NCBI GenBank assembly: GCA_951812955.1
Contig: OX638340.1
Coordinates: forward strand, 1,888,001-1,952,000
Direction of reading: 5' to 3'
From: an uncultured Gemmatimonadota bacterium
GTDB taxonomy: Bacteria > JAAXHH01
DNA length: 64,000 nt
Shown here: positions 10,460 to 19,756 of the stretch, piece by piece
Layout of the letters: every line of letters starts with the position of its first letter
Numbering within the stretch: the first letter of the stretch is position 1
Notes under the pieces: generated by a model
Seen by the model: only the letters and a program-made list of their open reading frames with translations
The model's database searches: none
What the model was told of the DNA's origin: nothing
Translations under genes and position numbers: made by a program

Positions 10460-12049
10460 TCAGTCCAGCGTCGGACCCGGAATCTCCAACTTCTCCCCGA
10501 CCGCACCGACCACGTCCCCCCGTGCGACCAGACCACGCATGATTTCGATCAGCGGCGCAAGCGGTACGTCGCGGTCCAGGAAGGGCACGTGCCGGCGGAT
10601 CATTCGGTACGCCGCGCCGGTCCCCCGTCCCATTCCATCCGGCGTGACGCCCGGTTCCCGGCACCTGAAATCGATGGCCTGTGCCGCGTCAATCAGTTCT
10701 ATGGCAACGATGGTCTCTACGTTTTCCAGGACCTGTTGCGTATGATGCACCGACGCCGCACCCATGCTCACGTGATCTTCCGTATTCGCGCCGCTCGGTA
10801 TCGAGTCCGCGCTGGCCGGGTGGGCCAGCACCTTGTTCTCCGACGCAAGGGCCGCCGCCGTGTACTGGGTGAGCATCAACCCGCTTTCCAGTCCGCCATG
10901 GTCCGTGAGGAACATGGGCAGGATGCCGCCGTTGGAGTCGGCGTCTACGAGCCGGGCCGTACGCCGCTCGCTCATGTTGCCCATGTCTACGATCGACAGC
11001 TTCATGCTGTCCATCGCCACGGCGATGGGTTCGCCGTGGAAGTTGCCCGCGCTGATGATCTCCGTGTCTTCGGGATCATCCCCGGCGAAGACCAGGGGAT
11101 TGTCGTTCGCGGAGTTCAGCTCGATGTTGATCATCCAGCGGGCGTAATCGATCGTGTCCCGGACCGCTCCGTGCACCTGGGGGACGCAGCGCAACGTGTA
11201 GGGATCCTGTACGTTGCCGGGATCGTCGGAACGGAGCAAACGGCTGCCGTGCAGCATGTCCCTCAGGAAGGCCGCGCAGGCGACCTGCCTGGGATGGGGA
11301 CGGATGGCGTGCACGCGGGCGTCGTACGCACGGTCGGTGCCGATCAGCGCTTCCAGGGTCATGGCGGCCGCGATGTCCGCCGTAAGCGCGAGATTTGTGG
11401 CCCGGTGTACCAGCAGGGCGCCGAGTCCCGCCATGAGGGTCGTGCCGTTTGTGAGGGCCAACCCCTCCTTCGCCCCCAGGATAACCGGTTCAAGCCCCGC
11501 CTTCCGGAGGGCCGTTGCGCCGTCGAGACGGCGGGAACGGTACATGGCCTCACCTTCTCCGATCAGCACCAGGGACATGTGCGCCAGGGTCGCCAGGTCT
11601 CCACTTGCGCCAAGGGAACCCCGGCCGGGGATGCAGGGGTGCACGCCCTCGTTGAGCATGTCCACCATCAGCTGGACGACTTCGGGCCGGATGCCCGAAT
11701 AGCCCATGGCGAGCGTATTGGCCCGGACGATCAGCATGGCGCGTACGGTCTCCTCGTCCAGTTCGGGCCCTGCACCGGCCGCGTGGCTTCTTATCAGATT
11801 GAGTTGCAATTCGGCGACCTGTTCGGAAGAGATCAGCTTGTCCTTGAATCGGCCGAAACCGGTGGTGATCCCGTAGGCGATCCGGCCCTCCGAGACCAAT
11901 CGATCCACCACTTCCCGGGAGCGTTTCATGCCGGGGAGGGCATCGGGGTGTATTGCGACGGGGCGGCCCTTCGAGACGGCGACCACCTCGTCGATGGTGA
12001 GATTGTAACCCGTGAGAGGCAGGACATCCTGGGAACGATCCATATCCAA
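10460..12049 (-). CDS. hutH: histidine ammonia-lyase
   Basis: 529 aa. ASG tripeptide (GASGDLATLAHM) that forms the MIO cofactor. Aromatic-amino-acid-lyase fold. Confidence 0.9.
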   Translation of the reverse strand: MDMDRSQDVLPLTGYNLTIDEVVAVSKGRPVAIHPDALPGMKRSREVVDRLVSEGRIAYGITTGFGRFKDKLISSEQVAELQLNLIRSHAAGAGPELDEETVRAMLIVRANTLAMGYSGIRPEVVQLMVDMLNEGVHPCIPGRGSLGASGDLATLAHMSLVLIGEGEAMYRSRRLDGATALRKAGLEPVILGAKEGLALTNGTTLMAGLGALLVHRATNLALTADIAAAMTLEALIGTDRAYDARVHAIRPHPRQVACAAFLRDMLHGSRLLRSDDPGNVQDPYTLRCVPQVHGAVRDTIDYARWMINIELNSANDNPLVFAGDDPEDTEIISAGNFHGEPIAVAMDSMKLSIVDMGNMSERRTARLVDADSNGGILPMFLTDHGGLESGLMLTQYTAAALASENKVLAHPASADSIPSGANTEDHVSMGAASVHHTQQVLENVETIVAIELIDAAQAIDFRCREPGVTPDGMGRGTGAAYRMIRRHVPFLDRDVPLAPLIEIMRGLVARGDVVGAVGEKLEIPGPTLD

Positions 12050-12065
12050 CCGATTCCTTCCGGGT

Positions 12066-13715
12066 TCAGTCCATCATGGGGATCTTCACGCCACGGGCTT
12101 TCGCAACTGCCTCGGCCTCTTCGTAACCGGCGTCGACGTGCCGGGCCACGCCCATGCCCGGATCGTTGGTGAGCACACGCTCCAGGCGCGCGGCCGCCTC
12201 CGGTGTGCCGTCGGCGACGATGACCTGTCCGGCGTGCAGGCTGTATCCGATGCCCACGCCGCCGCCGTGATGGTAACTCACCCAGGTGGCTCCGCTGGCC
12301 GTATTGATGAGCGCGTTCAGCACGGGCCAGTCCGCGATGGCGTCCGACCCGTCTTTCATGGCCTCGGTTTCGCGGTTCGGGCTGGCGACGGACCCGCTGT
12401 CCAGGTGATCCCGGCCGATGACGATGGGCACACTGATCTCGCCCGAGGCAACCAGTTCGTTGAATTTGAGCCCGGCCCTGGCCCGCTCCCCGTAACCCAG
12501 CCAGCAGATTCGGGCCGGCAGCCCCTGGAATTCCACGTGCCGCCGGGCCATCGTGATCCAGCGGAACAGGTGGTCGTCCTCGGGAAACAGTTCGAGGACG
12601 GCCTGGTCCGTCCGGTAGATATCCTCGGGATCCCCCGAGAGGGCGACCCAGCGAAAGGGCCCCCTGCCTTCGCAGAACAGGGGCCGGATGTAGGCCGGCA
12701 CGAAACCGGGATAGTCGAAGGCCTCTTTCAGCCCGTTGTCGTATGCGCGTTGCCGGAGGTTGTTGCCGTAGTCGAAAACCACGGCCCCTCGCTTCTGCCA
12801 TTCGAGCAGGGTCCGTACGTGCACAGTCATGGATGCGATCGAGCGTTCCTGGTATGCGTCCGGATCGCGGTCGCGCAGCATTGCCGCCTCGTCAGGCGAC
12901 AGACCTGCGGGTATATAACCGTATAGCGGATCGTGGGCCGCGGTCTGATCGGTAACTACGTCGGGCGCCAATCCCCGGTCCAGCAGTTCGGGAAGTACCT
13001 CCGCGGCGTTACCGATCAGGGCGATCGACCGGGCTTCACCCGCGCTGAGTGCCTCGTTCACCCAGGTCAGCGCCAGGTCGAGGTTTTCCGCCACGGTATC
13101 CACCTGGCGCAGTTCGAGGCGCCGCCGCGCCCGCCGGGGATCCACCTCCACCAGCAGGCCCACGCCGCCGTTCATGGTGATGGCCAGCGCCTGGGCGCCG
13201 CCCATCTCTCCCAGGCCGGCCGTGACTACGAGCTTTCCCGCCAGGCTGCCCCATCCTTGCTTGCGGGCCAGCGCGCCGAAGGTCTCGTAGGTGCCCTGCA
13301 GGATGCCCTGCGTTCCGATGTATATCCAGCTTCCGGCCGTCATCTGGCCGTACATGATCAGGCCTTCGCGCTCCCAGGTATCGAAGTGCTCCTGTGTGGC
13401 CCAGGCCGGTACCATGTTGGAGTTTGCGATCAGAACGCGCGGCGCGTCTGCATGGGTGCGAAAAACCGCCACGGGTTTGCCCGACTGCACCATGAGGGTT
13501 TCGTCGGGTTCCAGGTCGCGCAGGGCGCGCAGTATGGCGTCGAAGGCTTCCCAGTTCCGGGCGGCCTTTCCCCTGCCGCCATACACGACAAGGTTGTCAG
13601 GATCGAAAGCGACCAGGGGGTCCAGGTTGTTCTGGATCATGCGGTAGGCCGCTTCGATGAGCCAGTTCTTACAACTCAGCTTCGTCCCCGTGGGGGCTTT
13701 CACGTTTCGTTTCAC
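12066..13715 (-). CDS. hutU: urocanate hydratase
   Basis: 549 aa. Full-length urocanase similarity, including the NAD-binding glycine-rich region. Confidence 0.9.
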   Translation of the reverse strand: MKRNVKAPTGTKLSCKNWLIEAAYRMIQNNLDPLVAFDPDNLVVYGGRGKAARNWEAFDAILRALRDLEPDETLMVQSGKPVAVFRTHADAPRVLIANSNMVPAWATQEHFDTWEREGLIMYGQMTAGSWIYIGTQGILQGTYETFGALARKQGWGSLAGKLVVTAGLGEMGGAQALAITMNGGVGLLVEVDPRRARRRLELRQVDTVAENLDLALTWVNEALSAGEARSIALIGNAAEVLPELLDRGLAPDVVTDQTAAHDPLYGYIPAGLSPDEAAMLRDRDPDAYQERSIASMTVHVRTLLEWQKRGAVVFDYGNNLRQRAYDNGLKEAFDYPGFVPAYIRPLFCEGRGPFRWVALSGDPEDIYRTDQAVLELFPEDDHLFRWITMARRHVEFQGLPARICWLGYGERARAGLKFNELVASGEISVPIVIGRDHLDSGSVASPNRETEAMKDGSDAIADWPVLNALINTASGATWVSYHHGGGVGIGYSLHAGQVIVADGTPEAAARLERVLTNDPGMGVARHVDAGYEEAEAVAKARGVKIPMMD

Positions 13716-13808
13716 ACCTGAACTTACGCGTTCCTTTCACGGTTCTTCCACTCTTCGTGGGCTAAACCTGAACTTACGCGTTCCTTTCACGGTTCTTCCA
13801 CTCTTCGT
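13716..13808. repeat. perfect 43-bp tandem direct duplication (period 50 bp) at the RraA-like/hutU junction
   Basis: ACCTGAACTTACGCGTTCCTTTCACGGTTCTTCCACTCTTCGT at 13716-13758 and 13766-13808. The second copy encodes the last 10 codons plus stop of the RraA-like gene. Confidence 0.9.
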
Positions 13809-14448
13809 AGATGAAATCTGGGCTGGTGATCATGTCGAAATGGGACCGCTCCCAGGTCCTGATTTCCCCCGCCTTTCTCAGCGTGTCTGCCGCGATGTCG
13901 AGGGGGATCTTCACCACGCCGTCGACGTCGGCGAGCAACAGGTCGCCGGTCTGAACCAGCAACTGGCCGGCGACGAGGGGACGGCCGACTGCCCGCACGT
14001 TGAAGGGACCGTGGCCCGATACCGTGCCGATGCCCCATATGGGCAGTCCCGCCCCCCGGATTCCCTCGAGATCGCGCACGCAGCCTTCGACAACGGCGCC
14101 CACCACGCCGAGCTTTCGGTGGATATGCGCCATGCCGTCACCGAAAAGGGCGGCACGCTTTGGGCGGGTGTCGACGTCCTTCATCACCGCGATCTTGGGA
14201 CCCGGTGTCTCGTTGAGCACGTCGTAGTAGTCGGACCAGTTCATGTTGGGGGGAGTGGGGTCCAGCGGCGTGACCTCGGAAGTCACGGCATACCCGACCA
14301 CGGTGCCGAATTCGGGCGTCAGGTACTGTATCTCCGGTCCGGTGTAATCGTCATTGGAAACGCCCTGTACTTTTTCTACGGCGTTGTATACCGTGGCCGA
14401 GTCGAATTCGGCCAGTCCGGTCAATACGGCGTTGTCCACGCGGGTCAT
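13774..14448 (-). CDS. RraA-like / 4-hydroxy-4-methyl-2-oxoglutarate aldolase-family protein
   Basis: 224 aa. RraA/demethylmenaquinone-methyltransferase-like fold signature (GDxxxA...GxxVxG pattern). AAGGAG RBS 8 nt upstream. Confidence 0.6.
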   Translation of the reverse strand: MTRVDNAVLTGLAEFDSATVYNAVEKVQGVSNDDYTGPEIQYLTPEFGTVVGYAVTSEVTPLDPTPPNMNWSDYYDVLNETPGPKIAVMKDVDTRPKRAALFGDGMAHIHRKLGVVGAVVEGCVRDLEGIRGAGLPIWGIGTVSGHGPFNVRAVGRPLVAGQLLVQTGDLLLADVDGVVKIPLDIAADTLRKAGEIRTWERSHFDMITSPDFIYEEWKNRERNA

Positions 14449-14677
14449 TCAGGTAACTCCTTTAATTGAAGAAAGAACAGATATTTGACGTATATAAAAC
14501 CGTCGCTGAGGGGAAGGTGAGTCGAGCGCTGTGCCTCGTAGGCTATAATCGATACGGGATGATCAAAAATCAAGGGAATTACGGAACTTACACCGCGTAA
14601 TCCACGGCCACCCGCGTCAGCAATTTGACCTGGTCCTCTCACCAAGTCGAATGAATCAATCGTTCGACGTAAATGCG

Positions 14678-14701
14678 TTGACACAGGCACGTACTTGTGT
14701 C
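14678..14701 (+). promoter_or_regulatory. 22-bp near-palindrome GACACAGGCAC|GTACTTGTGTC overlapping a TTGACA -35-like hexamer upstream of the DUF2911-like gene
   Basis: Dyad symmetry 9/11 per half-site, 70-90 bp upstream of the ATG at 14770. Confidence 0.3.
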
Positions 14702-14769
14702 ATTTTCTCCTGGCAAAGCCAACTTCAATGGCGTGTCAGAACAAGAACCGTATTCAGGAGGTTTTTTTT

Positions 14770-15330
14770 ATGCTTCGCATTACCCGTTTATTCAGTGTAC
14801 TGGCGCTTTCCGCGGCTTTCGTGGCCATGGGTAGCGGCGCCGTCGACGCTCAGACGACCATGCCTTCGGGCGAAGACAGTGCGGACATGGGCCGTGGCAT
14901 GGTGGAAGTATCGTTGATGGGCGGCAAGGTGTCCATCGACTACGGCCGTCCGGAAATGAAGGGCCGGGATATGCTGGCCATGGCGCCTGATGGATTCGTC
15001 TGGCGCTTCGGCAGCAACAAATCCACCACCTTCACTACGGAAGCCGATCTTATGTTCGGCGACCAGTCGCTGGCCAAGGGTTCCTACAGCGCGTGGATCA
15101 AGCACGTCGAAGGCGATTCCTGGACGCTCATTTTCAATAGCGAAGTGGGGATCTGGGGCGCACCCGGCGCCAGTCGGGAGAACGACGTGCTGGAAGTACC
15201 GCTGACCTACACCGTGGAAGATGAGATGGTCGAACGGCTCACCGTGAGACTCATGGTCATGGAAGACAAGGGTTTCGTGGGAGTCGGGTGGGGTACCCAC
15301 CGCCTGATTGTCAGTTTCTCGGCCAAGTAG
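14770..15330 (+). CDS. secreted DUF2911-like protein
   Basis: AGGAGG RBS at 14754-14759. Sec signal MLRITRLFSVLALSAAFVAMGSGAVDAQ. WRFGSNKSTT motif recalled from DUF2911. The upstream extension to 14695 lacks an RBS. Confidence 0.45.
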   Translation: MLRITRLFSVLALSAAFVAMGSGAVDAQTTMPSGEDSADMGRGMVEVSLMGGKVSIDYGRPEMKGRDMLAMAPDGFVWRFGSNKSTTFTTEADLMFGDQSLAKGSYSAWIKHVEGDSWTLIFNSEVGIWGAPGASRENDVLEVPLTYTVEDEMVERLTVRLMVMEDKGFVGVGWGTHRLIVSFSAK

Positions 15331-15360
15331 CTGCCGCGGCAAACGCGCGATGTAATCGTA

Positions 15361-15396
15361 AAAGGGACAGGTGCAATTCGCCTGTCCCTTTTCTTT
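15361..15396. terminator. bidirectional rho-independent terminator between convergent genes
   Basis: Perfect 11-bp stem AAAGGGACAGG / CCTGTCCCTTT with a 9-nt loop. T-runs follow on both strands. Confidence 0.6.
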
Positions 15397-16453
15397 ACCA
15401 GTTTTCAGGATTCAAGCCGACGCGGATTCCCGCTTCTTCGATCTGCCGCCAGGTGGTATCGTCGATGCTGATCCCTTCACGGCGCCGTTCCTCCGCCAGC
15501 CTGAATTCCGGTTCTCCCGGAACGAGAATCTCTTCGAATCCCGGCGCGGTCCGGCTGGATTTCACGTGCCGGATCAATCCCTCGATCTCCTGGTAGTACC
15601 AGTCCAGGTCCGAGAAGAACGAAATATCGAAGACGGTGAAGAGCACGCCGTTGCTTTCCACGATCTGTTCGCCCTGCGCGCAACCCTGTCCGCTCAGCGC
15701 ACCGCCCAGGACCTCCACCATCAAACCCAGGCTGTAACCCTTATGGGCGACGATTCCGCCCATGGGCAGGATGGCGCCGTTGGGGGGCGGTCCCTTGATG
15801 ACCGTGGGATCCGTGGTGGAGTTGCCTTCGTGGTCGATCAACCATCCTTCCGGAACCCGCACCCCCTTGTTCGCGGCGACCCGGACCTTCCCTTCGGCGA
15901 CGACGGAGGTAGTCAGGTCCACCATGATGGGATCGGCGTCTCGACGGGGCGCCGAAAAGGCGATTGGGTTGGTGCTGATTCGTCCGTCGATACCGCCAAA
16001 AGGCGGAATCTGGCGTCCGAAGCGGCCCGCGTTGACGAAGGCCAGCCCGATCAGACCTTCCCGGGCCGCCATGAGGGGATAGGCGCCTACGCGGCCCACG
16101 TGGCTCGTACGCCGGAGCGTAACCGTGGCCGTGCCGTGCTTACGTGCTTTCTTCATGGCGAGCCGCATGGCGATGGTGCCGCCAACCTGGCCGAGGGCGC
16201 CGCCGTTGTCCACCAGGGCCGTGCAGGGACTTTCTCTCACGATGCCCACGTCGGCCCGGGCCTTGAATCGTCCCTCGTCCATAATGGCCTTGACGTACTC
16301 CGGTATCCGAATGGCGCCGTGGGAATCATGGCCGAAGAGATTCGAGTCCACGAGGTGGTCCACGACGCTGCGGGCATCGTCCTCGGTACAGCCGGCCGCT
16401 TCCAGCACCTCGCAACCGATGCGATGGAGTTTATCGGGGGTAATTACGGGCAT
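15395..16453 (-). CDS. Ldh_2 family (malate/L-lactate/sulfolactate/ureidoglycolate dehydrogenase-like) NAD(P)H oxidoreductase
   Basis: 352 aa. Global match to the Ldh_2 fold (HDSHG, GGxxAxHKG motifs). Confidence 0.8.
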   Translation of the reverse strand: MPVITPDKLHRIGCEVLEAAGCTEDDARSVVDHLVDSNLFGHDSHGAIRIPEYVKAIMDEGRFKARADVGIVRESPCTALVDNGGALGQVGGTIAMRLAMKKARKHGTATVTLRRTSHVGRVGAYPLMAAREGLIGLAFVNAGRFGRQIPPFGGIDGRISTNPIAFSAPRRDADPIMVDLTTSVVAEGKVRVAANKGVRVPEGWLIDHEGNSTTDPTVIKGPPPNGAILPMGGIVAHKGYSLGLMVEVLGGALSGQGCAQGEQIVESNGVLFTVFDISFFSDLDWYYQEIEGLIRHVKSSRTAPGFEEILVPGEPEFRLAEERRREGISIDDTTWRQIEEAGIRVGLNPENW

Positions 16454-16535
16454 TGTCTTCCTTTCCAGGTCTTACGTGTGTACCGACTCTTCAAACGCGC
16501 GATCTGCAACCCGCGGGCGAATGAAACCGGTCGGG

Positions 16536-17570
16536 TCAGGTTCTGTATTTCTCCAGTTTCTTCTGTAATCCCGGCCGTTCGAGCACAGCCCTGTTCACCA
16601 CGTAGGGCGGCTCTTCGCCCCTGGAGACGGCCAGGGCCGCCTTGACGCAGTCGTGGCCGATATCACGAAACAGCTCATGGGTCCAGCACGACGCGTGGGG
16701 CGCCAGGATGACATTCGGGAGCGTGAGCAGCTCATCATCGGGATCGGGCGGCTCCCGTTCGAAGACATCGATGGCCGCGCCCTTGATCCAACCGTCCCGC
16801 AGGGCCCGGGTCAGCGCTTCCTGGTCGACGATCGCGCCACGGGCCGTGTTGACCAGGAAGGCGTCCTCCCTCATGAGGCGCAGTTCCCGCGCGCCGATCA
16901 GGTGCCGGGTGTGTTCGTTCAACGGGCAGTGGATGGTCACGAACGTGCTGCGCCGCAACAGGGTCTCACGGTCCACCAGTACAACGCCCAGTTGCGCGGC
17001 CTCTTCCGCGGACACCGCCGGATCGCTGATGAGGACTTCGGACGGCTCGAAGGGCGCCAGCATGCGCACCACCTCGCGGCCGATCATGCCCATGCCAATC
17101 AGGCCGACCACGCGGCCGCGGATCTCGCATCCCATGTGATCGAACCGGACACCCCAGTCGTCATTCCGTACGATGGCGTCCTTAATCGTCACCCGGTGGC
17201 AGAGTCCGAGCATCAGGGCCATCGTGGCGCTGGCCACGGGCCTCCGGGTGGCCTCCGGAGTGATGGTAATCATGACGTCCGCGTCTGTCGCCGCAGCGAG
17301 ATCGATCATGTCGTAGCCCACGCCGGTTCGCGCGATGAGCGCCAGGCGTTCGACGCCCGCGAAGCTTTCACGCGTGTAGGCCTGTCCCATGGATACGACC
17401 ACGTCGAAGTCTGAAAGCTGATCCGGGGTGACGGGACTCCGGTCTTCGGCAAGGTACGCGTGAGAGACTCCGGCCTTGTCCAGCAGGTCGACTCCGAAAT
17501 CGTCGAACACGACCCCGCCGTCTGGACCCAGCAGGTCGGCGACCAGGGCTACGCGGAATTCATCGGTCAT
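16536..17570 (-). CDS. D-isomer-specific 2-hydroxyacid dehydrogenase (NAD-binding)
   Basis: 344 aa. GLIGMGMIGREV Rossmann motif. Catalytic R/E/H pattern of D-2-HADH. Confidence 0.85.
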   Translation of the reverse strand: MTDEFRVALVADLLGPDGGVVFDDFGVDLLDKAGVSHAYLAEDRSPVTPDQLSDFDVVVSMGQAYTRESFAGVERLALIARTGVGYDMIDLAAATDADVMITITPEATRRPVASATMALMLGLCHRVTIKDAIVRNDDWGVRFDHMGCEIRGRVVGLIGMGMIGREVVRMLAPFEPSEVLISDPAVSAEEAAQLGVVLVDRETLLRRSTFVTIHCPLNEHTRHLIGARELRLMREDAFLVNTARGAIVDQEALTRALRDGWIKGAAIDVFEREPPDPDDELLTLPNVILAPHASCWTHELFRDIGHDCVKAALAVSRGEEPPYVVNRAVLERPGLQKKLEKYRT

Positions 17571-17598
17571 ATAATGTGTTCCAGGATTGCGGTGCGTG

Positions 17599-19656
17599 TC
17601 AGAACAGGATCTGGGACGTCGACTTGGCGATCAAGACCAGGGAGACGGCCGCCATGCCGATCAGCCCAAGGCCGCACCCGTACCCGGCGAGGATCACCGG
17701 CGCGTAGGCGCGCCATCGTTTCTCTCCGTAGCGCCGTCCGAAATAGAACCTTCCCAGCATGGCGCCGATGAACGTGGGCAGCGTGTAGTGAATCCACGCG
17801 CCCGTGCCCAGTCCGGCCACCAGGCCGTAGAAAAGCAGCGGCGGCGCTTTGAGCAGGCTCAGCACCCCGTACAGCGCGAACGTGAACCCCATTCCGGCGC
17901 CGATATACTCCCAGCGGATCAGTTGCCCGATCACGTCTGAGCCGCCCGGCAGGGTAGACTTGATCCAGATCGTCTCCATCGTGGCCTGCAGCGGCCACAT
18001 CTTCTCGACGAAAGGATAGGCCGCGGACGGTATGGGCGCCAGTTTCCAGATCAGGGCGTAGAACACGAAACTGAATACGATAAGCAGTATCAGGCTCAAT
18101 ATATAGAGTTTGACCAGGCTTGGAAATCGCGTTCGGGTGAGTTCCAGCTGCCGGAAAGTCGCCACGACGCCGCTGTGATCGAAGAGGGGAACCGGGGCGA
18201 ACCAGATCGCCACCCCCTTGTAGCCCGACAGGTAGAAGGACCCCTCTCTGGCGTAGGGGAAGGATGACCCGTAGGGAGAGCCCGTCAAACCTATCATGCG
18301 GGCGCCGATGTAGGAGAAAAAAGGCGTCCACAGAAACCCGAACACCACGGAGATCCACACGGGAAACGCCGGTTCAAGGTAGTAGACCAGGGCAATAAAG
18401 CACAGGGTCGAAACCACCCAGAGCGCGATGGGGATGGGCAGCCTGAAATCACCCCTTTCCGGCGGCGGTTTGCGGGGGCCCTGCCCGCCGGACGCCCCAT
18501 CCGGGTCTCTCCTCAACGCGCGGGCGAAGGCGACCAGGCCGATCAGGCCGATGACCAGCGAAGTGCCGATGGAAGAAAAACTCAGCCAGAAGTCGATGGT
18601 GTTGTTGATGGAGGTGGGTATGGTGCTCATCCCCGGCGTCCAACTGTGCAACAGGCCGAAGTGGTAGAGGAGCGGATTGGCAATAAAGGTGATGACGAAG
18701 GAACTGATGAAGGTGCCGACCACGATCCAGAAGGGCAGGACGAATCCCACCAGGAGGGTGGCCATGTCCGTTCCGATGCCGATGGGCGACGCGGGCAGCA
18801 CGTCCCGGAACCGCGGCGTGAAGTCCGCGAAGGGAATGGGGAAGACCTCCACACCCTTGGTCAGCACCACGCCGGAAATGGTGGGGACGACGACATATAA
18901 TATGCCCCAGCCCAGTCCGATCATGGCGCCGACGGTGAACATTCGCCATCGCCAGGTCTCTTCCCCCGCCGACGATTCGGCCAGGGCGGTAGCGCCGGCC
19001 GCCTGCACGGGCGCCAGGGGGAAGGGCAGGCGTTCGGTGTCGGCCGTAATCCGGAAGAGCACGTATCCCAGGGAGAGCGCGTTGACCAGGCCGAGGATGG
19101 ACACGAGGACGGCCAGGAGAATGGGCTCCAGCCACTCCATGGAGAAGAGGGTCCGGGTGATCAACGAATCGGCACCCCGGGGCGGGGAAACCCACTGTGG
19201 AAGAAGCTGGGCCAGGCCGTCCGCCTGGGGAGACTGGATCAGGTACTGGAACCAGATCATCTTGGCGAAGGGCGCGCCGTGCACCGACGACCCGGCCGCC
19301 ATACCGCTGGCGCCCAGTCCCGTGGCCGCAAGCCCGGCGGCAAGCCAGTAGAGGATGATGGCTTCCTGAGGCTTGAGCTTTATAAACAGGCGCTTGCCGA
19401 TCTCGATGAACATGATGATGGTGACCCATTCCGCGGCGCCCGCGAAACTCTTGCCCGTCACCAGTTCCAGGTAGATCGCGCCGGGGAGCATGACCAGCCC
19501 CACGAAGAAGGCGGCCCAGATGATGCGGCTGCTGAACCCGTCCTCGTAGGGCAGGTTGTCCGGAACGATCTGCCACCGGTCATCCTGTTCGGCTCCGGTG
19601 GGAATCGCTTCCCGATCCCGCTGTTCGTGCTGCTCGCGTCTGTTTTCGTCGCTCAT
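17599..19656 (-). CDS. polytopic integral membrane protein, uncharacterised family (paralog 1 of 3)
   Basis: 685 aa, at least 14 predicted TM helices. Shares ERLPFPLAP and aromatic-rich loop motifs with ORFs 25513-27615 and 34391-36388. Confidence 0.7.
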   Translation of the reverse strand: MSDENRREQHEQRDREAIPTGAEQDDRWQIVPDNLPYEDGFSSRIIWAAFFVGLVMLPGAIYLELVTGKSFAGAAEWVTIIMFIEIGKRLFIKLKPQEAIILYWLAAGLAATGLGASGMAAGSSVHGAPFAKMIWFQYLIQSPQADGLAQLLPQWVSPPRGADSLITRTLFSMEWLEPILLAVLVSILGLVNALSLGYVLFRITADTERLPFPLAPVQAAGATALAESSAGEETWRWRMFTVGAMIGLGWGILYVVVPTISGVVLTKGVEVFPIPFADFTPRFRDVLPASPIGIGTDMATLLVGFVLPFWIVVGTFISSFVITFIANPLLYHFGLLHSWTPGMSTIPTSINNTIDFWLSFSSIGTSLVIGLIGLVAFARALRRDPDGASGGQGPRKPPPERGDFRLPIPIALWVVSTLCFIALVYYLEPAFPVWISVVFGFLWTPFFSYIGARMIGLTGSPYGSSFPYAREGSFYLSGYKGVAIWFAPVPLFDHSGVVATFRQLELTRTRFPSLVKLYILSLILLIVFSFVFYALIWKLAPIPSAAYPFVEKMWPLQATMETIWIKSTLPGGSDVIGQLIRWEYIGAGMGFTFALYGVLSLLKAPPLLFYGLVAGLGTGAWIHYTLPTFIGAMLGRFYFGRRYGEKRWRAYAPVILAGYGCGLGLIGMAAVSLVLIAKSTSQILF

Positions 19657-19756
19657 GGATTACACTCGGCCCCGGCCCGGTACCTACCTATTCGCTCTTC
19701 CAATCTTCACTCCCCGATCACTGCTTATAATGCGCCATACGCGCCCATTCTCCCGC

